In this document: positions 1 to 9,716 of the stretch, piece by piece | Numbering within the stretch: the stretch's first letter is position 1 | How the letters are laid out: each line of letters opens with the position of its first letter | Virus record (IMG/VR): IMGVR_UViG_3300038760_000073 | Location: 12,846 to 76,845 of that record | Source of the DNA: a virus | Strand: one strand, 5' to 3' | DNA length: 64,000 bases | Notes under the pieces: generated by a model | Databases searched by the model: none | What the model was told of the DNA's origin: nothing | The model's input: only the letters and a program-made list of their open reading frames with translations | Program-made: the position numbers and the translations under genes

Positions 1-1
1 T

Positions 2-631
2 AAGCTCTGCCGGCAAATTTATCGACCCTAATACACCTTCATGAGTATATTCATCATGCAAAATAAGCTCAAAAAATACTTCACCTTCAATTAAAAGCTG
101 TCTAAAATACTGCCAACCTTTTTGTTTAAGGTCGAATAAATCTATAAACTTATAAAATTCATCTTCAACATTTTTTTTATCAGCAACATCTAAATCAATA
201 TTCTCAAAATTAATTTTAGCTATTTCACCTACATCATTTTCGTTAATAGTTTCGTCACATATTTCATCTAAAGCTTCAGCAACCTCCGAGTAAGCGGATA
301 TAATTCGATAGTCTCTAACACGACCAGTTTTATCCTCCTGCAGGTTTGCATACATTATGTCTGCGAAGGACGAGTCCTTACCAAACTCACCGATCGCTAC
401 ATTATTATAACTATTCGAAGATGAGACAGATGTTTTCGCTAAAGCTTCTGCGCGACGACCTCCCGTTTTATTAAAATATTTATATTTGGGATTTAGACTA
501 TCATCATCCTTAACGGTGTTGGTATATGGCAGCCTGTTCTGTATATATTGAACTAGATTTCTACCGAATGTAGAAGATTTACCATCGTTACTCACGTAAG
601 AACGATTTTGATTAGGAGATGTATCTGCCAT
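2..631 (-). CDS. gp20: Portal protein, T4 gp20-like (5' part; runs off the window)
   Basis: Manual translation from ATG 631: MADTSPNQ...DYRIISAYSEVAEALDEICDETI...GWQYFRQLLIEGEVFF, matching T4-like portal N-terminal motifs. Not in the ORF track because it is truncated. Confidence 0.9.
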   Translation of the reverse strand, partial: MADTSPNQNRSYVSNDGKSSTFGRNLVQYIQNRLPYTNTVKDDDSLNPKYKYFNKTGGRRAEALAKTSVSSSNSYNNVAIGEFGKDSSFADIMYANLQEDKTGRVRDYRIISAYSEVAEALDEICDETINENDVGEIAKINFENIDLDVADKKNVEDEFYKFIDLFDLKQKGWQYFRQLLIEGEVFFELILHDEYTHEGVLGSINLPAEL

Positions 632-649
632 TGTATGTTATAATGTTAT

Positions 650-1777
650 TTATTCTGCGGTAAAGTATAAACCACTTATACTACTCGACGATCCCCATCC
701 AGCTGGATTTTTAACTATAATATCAAAATTTCCGGAGCCGGATAGGTAAGGTATATTTATTGTTAACACCTCATCATTTAGTATTTTATAGTTATTTGGA
801 TCAACAACAAATCCGGAGACCGGTCCCGTATATGTTGTGTCTATAGCTGTAAAATTATTTGTTAATGATGTGTTGTTTGCACTCAATAAGATGAGATCTG
901 TTTTGAGAAAATTCGTACCGAGTATATTATAATTATACATATTATACGCAGACACGTGCTTATTCAATGTTATAGGATTGATAACATCTAAAACTGTGCC
1001 GGTTGTAGTATGGTATATATTTGTAATACTAGGTATCGCTGATAGTATAAATGTGTCTATATCACACTCTGCTGTTAGACTATTAAAAAAGTTTTCATAA
1101 TCTAGGGTGGTCAGCGGTTGTGTTAAATTATAATTTTTGGATGAATTAATAAAGTTTTGCTCAATAAAGTAAATTGGTGCAGAGGCTGTATTTTTATTTC
1201 TAAATAACCAACCCTTTATTGTAAAGTTGGTATCTGCAACAACTCTGAATTTATCTGTGTAGGTTAGGTCTGTAGGTTGATTTAATGATATGCTTTGGCT
1301 CCATTCAACTTCAGTTCTAATTTCTACAGTATCACCTGTTTCAGATGGCTCTTTCCACGCTATGATAATATATGGATTTGAATACGGAACAAAATTTGTT
1401 AATATTTGCTCCATATCCTGCATATATCTAGATATTATTGAAAAATTAACCTCCAAATTAATAGGTACAGGCATCCGTATTTCTGTACTATCTGTAGAAT
1501 TTGTGTAGTTGTATATGTTATTAATCTTATTAAACACCCTGTCTTTATCATATGATACAGATGTTAGATCTATAGCAACTACTGGTAAAGTAAGGTTTTG
1601 TGCTTTGTTAACAATGTCATACATCACTCGCTGTTTAGGCGCAAAAACATACCTAACTTCGACATTTTGTCGAGCATTATTATTTTTATCGTATCTCTTA
1701 ATGACTGTATCATCAAATGCTGCCACAAATTGTGTAAGCATATCTTTGATTTCAAACGAATATGTATAGTTTTTGAT
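650..1777 (-). CDS. gp15: Tail sheath stabilizer/terminator, T4 gp15-like, with C-terminal extension
   Basis: VRYVFAPKQR, LTLPVVAIDLTSVSYD.DR, MPVPINLEVNFSI, MEQIL.NFVPY and FTIKGWLF motifs. The frame extends 12 codons above ATG 1741 to ATC 1777, 5 nt after TAAATA. Confidence 0.75.
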   Translation of the reverse strand: MKNYTYSFEIKDMLTQFVAAFDDTVIKRYDKNNNARQNVEVRYVFAPKQRVMYDIVNKAQNLTLPVVAIDLTSVSYDKDRVFNKINNIYNYTNSTDSTEIRMPVPINLEVNFSIISRYMQDMEQILTNFVPYSNPYIIIAWKEPSETGDTVEIRTEVEWSQSISLNQPTDLTYTDKFRVVADTNFTIKGWLFRNKNTASAPIYFIEQNFINSSKNYNLTQPLTTLDYENFFNSLTAECDIDTFILSAIPSITNIYHTTTGTVLDVINPITLNKHVSAYNMYNYNILGTNFLKTDLILLSANNTSLTNNFTAIDTTYTGPVSGFVVDPNNYKILNDEVLTINIPYLSGSGNFDIIVKNPAGWGSSSSISGLYFTAE

Positions 1778-1788
1778 ACATATATTTA

Positions 1789-3423
1789 TTACAAAAATCT
1801 CTCAATAAAATATTTTGGTAATTTATGCCTATTTTTAATGATATTTTCTGTAATTGCACCGTCTAAAATATAAGTTATACAATAGTCTTTCTTCGATCTA
1901 ATACCCCTACCGCATGATTGAATTAAGGTACAGAGCATTTTATTTTGATACCAATTAAAATTATCCTTCATTAACCTCTCAATTCTAACATCCTTAGTTG
2001 GTAGAAAGGGAGCCTTAACAATAATTTGAAACCGAGCTAAATCATCCTTTAAATCTACCCCAAATGTCATTGATGGTGATATGAGAACAGTTGGGTCATC
2101 TGTTGAAGTATGTTGTTCTAAGATATCCTCATTTCTCACTCCAGGTTCCCGAATTAAGAACCTGTCTGATGTTAATTCGTTCGCTATACCTTTGGTAATA
2201 GTATTATTATGTGTATGTATAATGCCCTTATCATTTTTATGGTGATCACATATTTCTACGATCTGCTTTATAACTTTAGGTAAATTATTTTTAAGATTAT
2301 AATAATTTAATTTAAATTTAGTGTTACAAACGATAGGTGCATTTTTAGGCTCAAATGTAGATTCAGCCTCCACATATTTAAAGTTATCAATACCGAGTGA
2401 TTTGCAAAAATTGTCGGGGTCAATAATTGTAGCTGACATCAATATAACACCATCCGCATAATCAAACAGCTTGTGGGCTAGCTTATTTACCTTAAGTGGC
2501 ATAAAGGTTACCCCCTCACGATCTCTATCAAAGACATATTCTGACTCGCTCCATGATTCTATAACGAGGTTAATCCTACTATGAATGTTGCGAAGTCTAA
2601 TTATCTCACCCTTGAGGTCAATTAACATCCGCTTATTTGATGTACCTTTTTTGGCTATTAATAAATCCTTAATATTATTAATTCTTTCATTGATATTTGC
2701 AGATAAGGTATTTAACCATTTATAGCCATCCGTCCTACTAGTATAGGGTGTGTAATCGATATTAGAACTTTTAATAACTTTATATTCTACTTTACATGAG
2801 AACTCCTTAACTAACTGATCTTCAAGTTCTGAGGCTTCATCACATATTAAAAACTGTCTCTTCTTAAGGTGTTCTGGTAAAGCGAAGAACATACTATAAT
2901 TAAGCGTATTAAACTGTGCAGTTAGTGTAGTATTTCTCTGCTCATAATATGGGCAGCATTTTTTTGCCCAACACTCCTCTTTTATTTTTGGTAAGTGTAA
3001 GCAAGGAGCTACTTCAACCGAAAAGTTAGGATCTATCGCACATTGATAATTTGATTTACCTTTAAGAACTTCAACATCATTAAAAAGCTCTTTATATTGA
3101 TCCTGAAGAGATTTGGTAATTGTTAAGGCAGTACAACCAAATGATGGCTCTTCTTCACACTCATCACTATGTACGTATCCTCCACCATGCATCTGCCTAT
3201 AGGCAAGATATGAAGTAATTACATCTCTAAAATTATTAGAACATTTTTTCGATATGTTACCTACAGTCTTCGAAATGAATGATTTACCACTCCCAGTCGG
3301 CGCATTACACACCACAAACTTATAACCATCATTAAATGCTTTATCTATACAACTAAGAAGCTCAACTTGTTGAGAATTAGGAGTATACTTAGGCGGGAAA
3401 TGAGTTAATATATTAGGTATCAC
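1789..3423 (-). CDS. DinG/XPD-family SF2 helicase
   Basis: Q motif, APTGSGKS, LKGKSNYQC and CPYY Fe-S region, DEAS, MSAT, GVDLKDD, QSCGRGIRS. Confidence 0.85.
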   Translation of the reverse strand: MIPNILTHFPPKYTPNSQQVELLSCIDKAFNDGYKFVVCNAPTGSGKSFISKTVGNISKKCSNNFRDVITSYLAYRQMHGGGYVHSDECEEEPSFGCTALTITKSLQDQYKELFNDVEVLKGKSNYQCAIDPNFSVEVAPCLHLPKIKEECWAKKCCPYYEQRNTTLTAQFNTLNYSMFFALPEHLKKRQFLICDEASELEDQLVKEFSCKVEYKVIKSSNIDYTPYTSRTDGYKWLNTLSANINERINNIKDLLIAKKGTSNKRMLIDLKGEIIRLRNIHSRINLVIESWSESEYVFDRDREGVTFMPLKVNKLAHKLFDYADGVILMSATIIDPDNFCKSLGIDNFKYVEAESTFEPKNAPIVCNTKFKLNYYNLKNNLPKVIKQIVEICDHHKNDKGIIHTHNNTITKGIANELTSDRFLIREPGVRNEDILEQHTSTDDPTVLISPSMTFGVDLKDDLARFQIIVKAPFLPTKDVRIERLMKDNFNWYQNKMLCTLIQSCGRGIRSKKDYCITYILDGAITENIIKNRHKLPKYFIERFL

Positions 3424-3429
3424 ATATAC

Positions 3430-3457
3430 ATTATATGCCCTACTCTGCAGAAGTCAA
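3430..3457 (-). promoter_or_regulatory. Sigma70-like promoter TTGACT-N16-TATAAT, 6 nt before GTG start
   Basis: Read directly from the sequence. Confidence 0.7.
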
Positions 3458-3784
3458 TATGTATACGAAATTATTATACAATTTAGATGTTTGTGATAGA
3501 TCTAGAAACTTTGACTGTAATATTAGATCACTATCTTTTAAAAACGAGCTCAATTTATAATTAAACACTGTTATATTATCTATTTTTTCAACATTAAATG
3601 GGTATGGCATCTCGTACATTTTGAGATGACCATCTACTTCAATCATAAATCTAATATAATGTTGCTTTATTTGAAATATTTTAAATTTACCTTTCTTAAG
3701 AATCTTCTTATCTGTTCTTATTACAATATTTGATAATAGAAAGGGTTTAACATAATTAGCTACATTTTCTAGACAGTTATTCAT
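3440..3784 (-). CDS. Hypothetical protein
   Basis: ORF coupled to its neighbours (ATGA overlap). Confidence 0.7.
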   Translation of the reverse strand: MNNCLENVANYVKPFLLSNIVIRTDKKILKKGKFKIFQIKQHYIRFMIEVDGHLKMYEMPYPFNVEKIDNITVFNYKLSSFLKDSDLILQSKFLDLSQTSKLYNNFVYILTSAE

Positions 3785-4158
3785 GTGTTCATAAAGTTTG
3801 CTTTTTGGTCACCGGACATTGGATATATATTATCATTAAAATATGTCCAAAATTCCTCTGATACCGGTATCTTTTCAATTAAATCGCATTGACCCATATT
3901 AATATTCCTATAATTCTGCATTAATATGTCCCACACATTAATAATGTTATCTTTAGCTTCATTAATTTGTGATGGGCGTGTAGGGGGCTTATAGTTAAGT
4001 GTAATTCTACCATTTGTAGAATTTAATAAACTATATGATTTTGTACAAAGCATGCGCCTGGTTGGTGGTGCACCTGCTTTGGGTATCTTTCTAACAAATC
4101 GAATATCACATACATTTGATAGAAGTATACTATCAAGAGTTGATCTTTGTACTATCAC
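3781..4158 (-). CDS. Hypothetical protein (possible SH3/Sm-like phage protein)
   Basis: IRFVRK...RRMLCT...INVWDILMQNYRNI pattern seen in T4-like phage proteins. Confidence 0.6.
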   Translation of the reverse strand: MIVQRSTLDSILLSNVCDIRFVRKIPKAGAPPTRRMLCTKSYSLLNSTNGRITLNYKPPTRPSQINEAKDNIINVWDILMQNYRNINMGQCDLIEKIPVSEEFWTYFNDNIYPMSGDQKANFMNT

Positions 4159-4549
4159 TTTTTAATTTACAAATACCAAACAGCCTATCCTCATTTAAAA
4201 AGATACCTTTCTTAACCTTCCCGATACCTTCAACATCAATATTTGCTACAGTAACTCCTAGGTTATTTGGAAAGATTACAATATCACCCACTTTAGCAGT
4301 TACAACTTTAGGACCTGCTAGTAGGATTTTAGCTTTACGCCAGGCTCGAGTAATAGCATTTGTTGGTACTACAATACCATTCCTCTCAATTTCACCTTCT
4401 TCCGTCTCATCAATATATTCTACTAGTAGAATATCATCAAAAATGGCAGACAATTCAAAGTCATCAGTAAGACCTACATCACCAGTACTATTCGGTGATA
4501 GATCAATTAAATGCTTTTCCGGTGTTAATTTATTAATATCTGCAGGCAT
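4133..4549 (-). CDS. groES: Co-chaperonin GroES/gp31-like
   Basis: DDILLVE..., NGIVVP, AKILLAGP, KVGDIVIFP, FLNEDRLFG. Likely start MPADIN. Confidence 0.8.
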   Translation of the reverse strand: MPADINKLTPEKHLIDLSPNSTGDVGLTDDFELSAIFDDILLVEYIDETEEGEIERNGIVVPTNAITRAWRKAKILLAGPKVVTAKVGDIVIFPNNLGVTVANIDVEGIGKVKKGIFLNEDRLFGICKLKSDSTKINS

Positions 4550-4579
4550 ATAAATTATATATACCGACACTGCAGAATA

Positions 4580-4945
4580 TCAAGTCAGTTCATTTAAATA
4601 TTGTTGCAACTCCCTAACCGAAATTTGGTTATTACTAGCAATAAGTGCTAGATTATCAGTCTCTTCAGTTACAGCTTTTTTATTTTTCTTAATGTACTGT
4701 ATACGTTTGAATTTAAGTCTAGGTATCAGGTAGTAGTATAGCTTATACATTTCCTGCTTACTTTCAAACAATGAGTGAAACTTATTTAAAGTCTCATTTG
4801 TAAAATTTACAGTATCTTTCCCGTAAAATGATAACCACCTATTAAAGAGAAATGGTACAAAGCTCTGCTCACCTTCTAGATCTAATACACCTGCGTCATC
4901 TTTTTTAGAAAAGAAAAGCTTATTTTGTGTTTGGAAGAAATTCAT
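4580..4945 (-). CDS. Clamp loader small subunit, gp62-like
   Basis: FVPFLFNRWLS...YYLIPRLKFKRIQYIKK...QISVRELQQYL; TAATG coupling to the upstream gene. Confidence 0.6.
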   Translation of the reverse strand: MNFFQTQNKLFFSKKDDAGVLDLEGEQSFVPFLFNRWLSFYGKDTVNFTNETLNKFHSLFESKQEMYKLYYYLIPRLKFKRIQYIKKNKKAVTEETDNLALIASNNQISVRELQQYLNELT

Positions 4946-5526
4946 TATACCAAAATTTTCGACGTCGCGACCCACTGATCCAACACTTCATTATTGAAAT
5001 AATTAATTACAGATGTCATAAATGATTCAATTTGAGTATCGCTTAAATGTGTCGAATATGCAAATCCCGGAGCTTTTCTACCAGCGTTAATATTAATACC
5101 AGTATGCCCGAGAGCTACGCTATCTTTACTATACGTAATAGATACACTTACTTTACCAGAGTCTCTAACCTTATCATCTGACCCAATAAACTTATCCTGC
5201 ACCATTAAATCATCACCATCAACTATAATTGGCATTGATAAAATATTAGACAAAATATTTGCAATAGCTGTGTTAAATAATCTTTGAAAAGATACTGCAC
5301 CTAAGGGGCACATATTTGGAATTTCCCAGCAAAAGTTAACTGCATCCTCAGAGTAAATATAGTCATTTGAGAGAGCATCCTCTAGATCAATTAAGTTATC
5401 ACTCACATACATAGGCGCCCGAAATGCTATAATATTACCAACTGGACTTACTACCTTTTTAAAGAACTTATACGCGAACCTATCATGGATCAAATTACCT
5501 TCATACACTTGCTGACTAATAATCAT
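4945..5526 (-). CDS. DUF366-like protein (biotin/lipoate-ligase-like fold)
   Basis: YEG.LIH..FAY, IIAFRAP, DLED, QRL, GDDL, KVSVSI and HTGINI recall the DUF366 consensus. Confidence 0.7.
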   Translation of the reverse strand: MIISQQVYEGNLIHDRFAYKFFKKVVSPVGNIIAFRAPMYVSDNLIDLEDALSNDYIYSEDAVNFCWEIPNMCPLGAVSFQRLFNTAIANILSNILSMPIIVDGDDLMVQDKFIGSDDKVRDSGKVSVSITYSKDSVALGHTGININAGRKAPGFAYSTHLSDTQIESFMTSVINYFNNEVLDQWVATSKILV

Positions 5527-5534
5527 ATAGTGTA

Positions 5535-6560
5535 TTATATATACACTTGAGAATTAATCCAGGCAAATGTTGTCTCAATACCATATTTAAGAGATTGTGT
5601 TGGCTCCCAATTCATATGCTCCCTATATAAATTGTTATCAGAATTGCGGCCTCTGACACCCTCCGGACACTCAAAACCATATTTATCAATAAAATCATTA
5701 CCTGAGAGATTTTGTATTTTATTATCTTTACCGGCAGCATCTAAGGCCAATTGAGCGAGTTCATTGATAGAGACCATCTCTTCTGAACCAATATTAACAG
5801 GGCCTAAAAATTTATCTTGTCTCATAAATCTTAAAACTGCTTCCACACATTCATCTACATACAAAAAAGATCTAGTCTGTAGACCATCTCCCCAAACCTC
5901 AAGCCCTTCTCCTTCCTTAAGCTCAGCCGCTTTTCGACACATCGCAGCAGGAGCCTTTTCTTTACCACCTTGCCATGTACCCAACGGGCCGAAAATATTA
6001 TGAAATCTCGCAATCCTAACATCTAATTTATGATTTTTACTAAATGCCAAATATAATCTCTCACTAAATAATTTTTCCCAACCATATTCGCTATCCGGGC
6101 TGGCAGGATACGCGGATGATTCTTCACAATTTGGGTTATTTGGATCAAGTTGATTGTGCTCTGGATACATACACGCGCTTGAGGAATAAAAAACCTTACC
6201 AACCGTAAAGTTAACACATGCCTCAGCAACATTAAGATTAATTAATGCCGAATTATGCATTATAGCTGCGTCGTTATTACCTGTAAAAATATAACCGGCT
6301 CCACCCATATCAGCTGCCAGTTGGTATACTTCATCAAATCCCCCACGTTGAGTTTGAGATTGATCCGGAGCAAAAAATACCTTACTCACTAGACTAGTAT
6401 TTTTTAAATCGCCCAGTATAAATTCATCCGCATTCGACGATTCTTGATATTCCGGGTATTTTAAGTCGACGCCACGCACCCAATAACCTTCACTCTTCAA
6501 TCTATTTACTAAATGATTGCCTATGAATCCACCGGCTCCTAATACTAAAGCTCTTTTCAT
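5535..6560 (-). CDS. GDP-mannose 3',5'-epimerase-like NDP-sugar epimerase
   Basis: GAGGFIG, QLAADMGGAG, YSSSACMYP, YGWEK, RFHNIFGP.GTW.GG.EKAPAA.CRK. Confidence 0.85.
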   Translation of the reverse strand: MKRALVLGAGGFIGNHLVNRLKSEGYWVRGVDLKYPEYQESSNADEFILGDLKNTSLVSKVFFAPDQSQTQRGGFDEVYQLAADMGGAGYIFTGNNDAAIMHNSALINLNVAEACVNFTVGKVFYSSSACMYPEHNQLDPNNPNCEESSAYPASPDSEYGWEKLFSERLYLAFSKNHKLDVRIARFHNIFGPLGTWQGGKEKAPAAMCRKAAELKEGEGLEVWGDGLQTRSFLYVDECVEAVLRFMRQDKFLGPVNIGSEEMVSINELAQLALDAAGKDNKIQNLSGNDFIDKYGFECPEGVRGRNSDNNLYREHMNWEPTQSLKYGIETTFAWINSQVYI

Positions 6561-6589
6561 AATATATTTATATAAAATACCGAATCAAC

Positions 6590-6720
6590 TTCTATTACCC
6601 CTATAGCCACCCATCAAAGTTTTTCAGCTGGTATACATATATTTAGTAAATTATAATCAACTATCAACACTATATTTATCTGATGGTTTAGAACTCCATC
6701 AACGTCTAATATTATTATAT
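6590..6720 (-). pseudogene. Relic of a HAD phosphatase (KdsC/GmhB-like)
   Basis: Reverse strand reads IILDVDGVLNH (DxDGVL motif I) with no start codon and no intact ORF. Confidence 0.4.
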
Positions 6721-6732
6721 ATATAAAGTTTC

Positions 6733-7479
6733 TTAATTTGCAAGGTTGTGTATATCTTCTTTAGTTAATACATATGTACCTAATTTTGTGACAGTATAAC
6801 TAGCTAGTCTATTAGCTGTATGAATAGCTGATTTAATATTTTTATTCATACTAAATTTATACACTAAAGCAGATAAGAAAACATCTCCAGCTCCACATAC
6901 ATCGTACACTTCTACTTTTTTTGTTTTATATATTTGATTCTTATAAAGTGCACCTTCACCGCCTAATGTTACTATCAGTTCGCAATTTTTGTTATAGTCT
7001 TCTAATGATTCATATTCAATATTATTAATTTTTATATAGCAATTGCTAAAGCACTTTAAATCTTTCTTTTTAGTATCTACAAAAATAGGAATATCTTTAT
7101 AAAAAGTACAAATATATTTTGCTACATCGTAAGTAATAAAACCTTTATTATAATCACTTATTACTACAATATCATAACCCTTCTGAAGTTTTTTTAATTC
7201 AAGTGGTTTAATATTTTTCTCTCCAATATCATATCTAATTAATTGCTGTCTATAAGTTAAATCAACTATTCTATGTTTCTCTATTTGTTCATTATTTTTT
7301 AAATGAGTAACGGCGGCGCCTAGACTCAATAAATTTTCATAAACATTCGAGCTCATACCTTCTCTAGTTTCAAAATAATCTTCTTCTAATATAGGTACCG
7401 GTGCTTCTGGGTTTATACGCTTACATTTACCATAATGGTAAATATCTTTGCAACTATCACCTATTAATAAAATTTTCAT
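6733..7479 (-). CDS. HldE/RfaE-type heptose-7-phosphate kinase domain (PfkB family)
   Basis: ILLIGDSC.D.Y..G...RINPEAPVP, VISDYNKG, DVCGAGDVF. Confidence 0.85.
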   Translation of the reverse strand: MKILLIGDSCKDIYHYGKCKRINPEAPVPILEEDYFETREGMSSNVYENLLSLGAAVTHLKNNEQIEKHRIVDLTYRQQLIRYDIGEKNIKPLELKKLQKGYDIVVISDYNKGFITYDVAKYICTFYKDIPIFVDTKKKDLKCFSNCYIKINNIEYESLEDYNKNCELIVTLGGEGALYKNQIYKTKKVEVYDVCGAGDVFLSALVYKFSMNKNIKSAIHTANRLASYTVTKLGTYVLTKEDIHNLAN

Positions 7480-7604
7480 ATTTTAGTTAGTTTATTAATA
7501 ATATCACTACTAGCATGCTCTACTAGTCTAGGTAAAAATTTAATTTATTTAGCATATTTTTCACCTACTATATCTCTACCTTCCTAGTCACTACCCAATA
7601 ACAT
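7476..7604 (-). pseudogene. C-terminal relic of an RfaE-domain-II/cytidylyltransferase gene
   Basis: MLLGSD*EGRDIVGEKYAK*IKFLPRLVEHASSDIINKLTKI* has two in-frame stops; its TGA overlaps the kinase ATG. Confidence 0.7.
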
Positions 7605-7729
7605 TCTTTAAATATATTAATAAAAAGATCGCAATTATCAATAGTTACTTTAACAATTTTATCCTTATATTGTTAATGCTTTTTAAAATTGTTTCCGATA
7701 AATCCTTCAACACCTGTAATTATAATCAT
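7605..7729 (-). pseudogene. N-terminal relic of an HldD/RfaD-like epimerase
   Basis: MIIITGVEGFIGNNFKKH* is a Rossmann N-terminus; ATGA-coupled to the upstream gene and truncated. Confidence 0.65.
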
Positions 7730-8316
7730 GAATTTATCTTTTTATTAATAGAAAATTTCGCCATCTGCTCTCTACTTTTTGTCGAAGCAACAAGAATGTA
7801 ATTACTTTTATTAGAATGAATATATTCCATTCGTATATTATAATCTTTATTTATTTCTTTAATCTTAGCAATTAGCTCAGGTATTGTATTATTAAAATAA
7901 AGGGGTATATCATCGATAATAATAGTACTTGCTTTATCTGCAAATAACTCTTTTATTAAGGCTAATTCATCGAATGTAGGTACACCACCACCTTCGTCAT
8001 GGGCATCAAGCCAAAACGTGGCGTCTGTATCAATAATAGGCAACAGCTTTTTAAAGAAATCCAAAGAACTAGAATGATCAATTCTTAGTACATCACATTT
8101 ACTACTTAACTCTGATAAACAATGATCTACTCTCACTTTGTTAATATCACAGGAGTATAAATTTTTATAACCACCATTTATTGCATGAGTAAGGCTACCA
8201 CCAAAATGACAGCCAGTTTCAATAAAGGTATTACTCTTAGATTTATAAGCTTTAAAAATACTAAAAGCATTTTTATTAACGGGATCTAAAGTTTTAAAAT
8301 AATTTGCTGCTATCAT
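7726..8316 (-). CDS. Class I SAM methyltransferase-like protein
   Basis: FIETGCHFG, FWLDAH, IIIDD. Confidence 0.7.
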   Translation of the reverse strand: MIAANYFKTLDPVNKNAFSIFKAYKSKSNTFIETGCHFGGSLTHAINGGYKNLYSCDINKVRVDHCLSELSSKCDVLRIDHSSSLDFFKKLLPIIDTDATFWLDAHDEGGGVPTFDELALIKELFADKASTIIIDDIPLYFNNTIPELIAKIKEINKDYNIRMEYIHSNKSNYILVASTKSREQMAKFSINKKINS

Positions 8317-8321
8317 AATTT

Positions 8322-9716
8322 TTAAAGGTTTAACCACTCTTCCTCAACTATACCATAGTCACCATGCGATATATACAAATCCGGGTTAGACTTAGGATAT
8401 ATATCCACCCATTGTGGATCTATATTTTTTACATTTAAAGAGTCATTATGTATTAATATTACATCATCTAAATGTATATAAACTACTGTATAGTTGAATT
8501 TTTCTCCTAATTCTTTTAAAGCTAGAGGACTAGCACCATACCACCTATCACCTCTCCAGAAATAATCTGCATGATATTTTTGTACTTTCTTAACATTAGG
8601 TTCAAATCGTACACAAGCTTCAATCATTATTACACGAGGTGTATACTTTTCTAAAATAGAAGAAAGTAACCAATAATCGTTACCATCTATATCAATAGAT
8701 ATAAAATCAAAATGATTTTGTACTTTATATTTTTTAAAAGTATCACAGATATTTTCTTTAGTTAATTGCTCGTTATGTAAATTTATTTGAGGGTCTGAAG
8801 GCATAGAGGGATCACCCTCTAACAATAAACCATTCCACTTTTGCTGCGTTCTAAGAAAGTAGGTATTACTGCTTCTAACACCATCAACAGCTCCGAATTC
8901 AATAAAATATTTATTAGTAGTGCCTATTTTATTAAAAATATAATCTATATATGAATCTTGACCTTTTTGCGATTGGCCTAAGATTTTACATTCAACTTCC
9001 TTAAAGTTTAAAAATTTTGGGTTATTATAATAGTGCCATGGTTTATTGAATAAATGACTAACATTATCAAAGGTAATATTTTCAAATCTGCTATAACAAA
9101 ATAATTTATCAGTTGTATCTAGTGTTTCAAGTATAAACAATAAACTTGTATCAACAGTATGAATTTGAGATGCTTTTTCAAAAACCTTACACCAATCAAA
9201 AATTGTAAACCCGGGTATAGGTCTAAGCTCAACTATATTATCTAATTTACCTATATCGATATGCTTGCAGACCTGCTGATTAGGTAGAGAGCCAAAAAAC
9301 TTATTAACTAAGGTAAAATTAGATGGAGGATTTATTAGTTTAAATAGCTCATCTTCCTTTTCTGTATTTCTATTAAATTTTAAATATTTACTCCAATCAC
9401 TAAATCCTAACCCTATAAATTTATATTTTGAATCCATCATACAAAGACCAGGGTAATATTGATCTGCACTTTGTAATGGTAAAAATATATCTTCATTTAC
9501 TTTTTTATATTCTTTTGAAGAATAAAATTCCTTTAAGGGAAAATTACTATCAAGCGAACAAAAATTTGGTCCTGAAATATAATCTCCTAGCCATTCTGCA
9601 CAACCGTCTACTGGCCACCATACTTCATACCCATCGTTTAATAATTTATAAACAATTTTTTGACAAAATAAAATATCCCCTATACCTGCAGGTTGTCTTA
9701 TTAAACATTTTTTCAT
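8322..9716 (-). CDS. Two-domain protein: GT-B-like glycosyltransferase plus FkbM-like methyltransferase
   Basis: N-terminal RQPAGIGD and IHTVDTS; C-terminal SQKGQD, FIEFGAVDG..SNT, SIDIDGNDYW. Confidence 0.65.
   Translation of the reverse strand: MKKCLIRQPAGIGDILFCQKIVYKLLNDGYEVWWPVDGCAEWLGDYISGPNFCSLDSNFPLKEFYSSKEYKKVNEDIFLPLQSADQYYPGLCMMDSKYKFIGLGFSDWSKYLKFNRNTEKEDELFKLINPPSNFTLVNKFFGSLPNQQVCKHIDIGKLDNIVELRPIPGFTIFDWCKVFEKASQIHTVDTSLLFILETLDTTDKLFCYSRFENITFDNVSHLFNKPWHYYNNPKFLNFKEVECKILGQSQKGQDSYIDYIFNKIGTTNKYFIEFGAVDGVRSSNTYFLRTQQKWNGLLLEGDPSMPSDPQINLHNEQLTKENICDTFKKYKVQNHFDFISIDIDGNDYWLLSSILEKYTPRVIMIEACVRFEPNVKKVQKYHADYFWRGDRWYGASPLALKELGEKFNYTVVYIHLDDVILIHNDSLNVKNIDPQWVDIYPKSNPDLYISHGDYGIVEEEWLNL

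Noticed and set aside
7476-7729. Stop-codon reassignment as the cause of in-frame TAG/TAA
   Set aside because: All long genes are intact in the standard code, and TAA, TAG and TGA all end genes. The fragments are also truncated.
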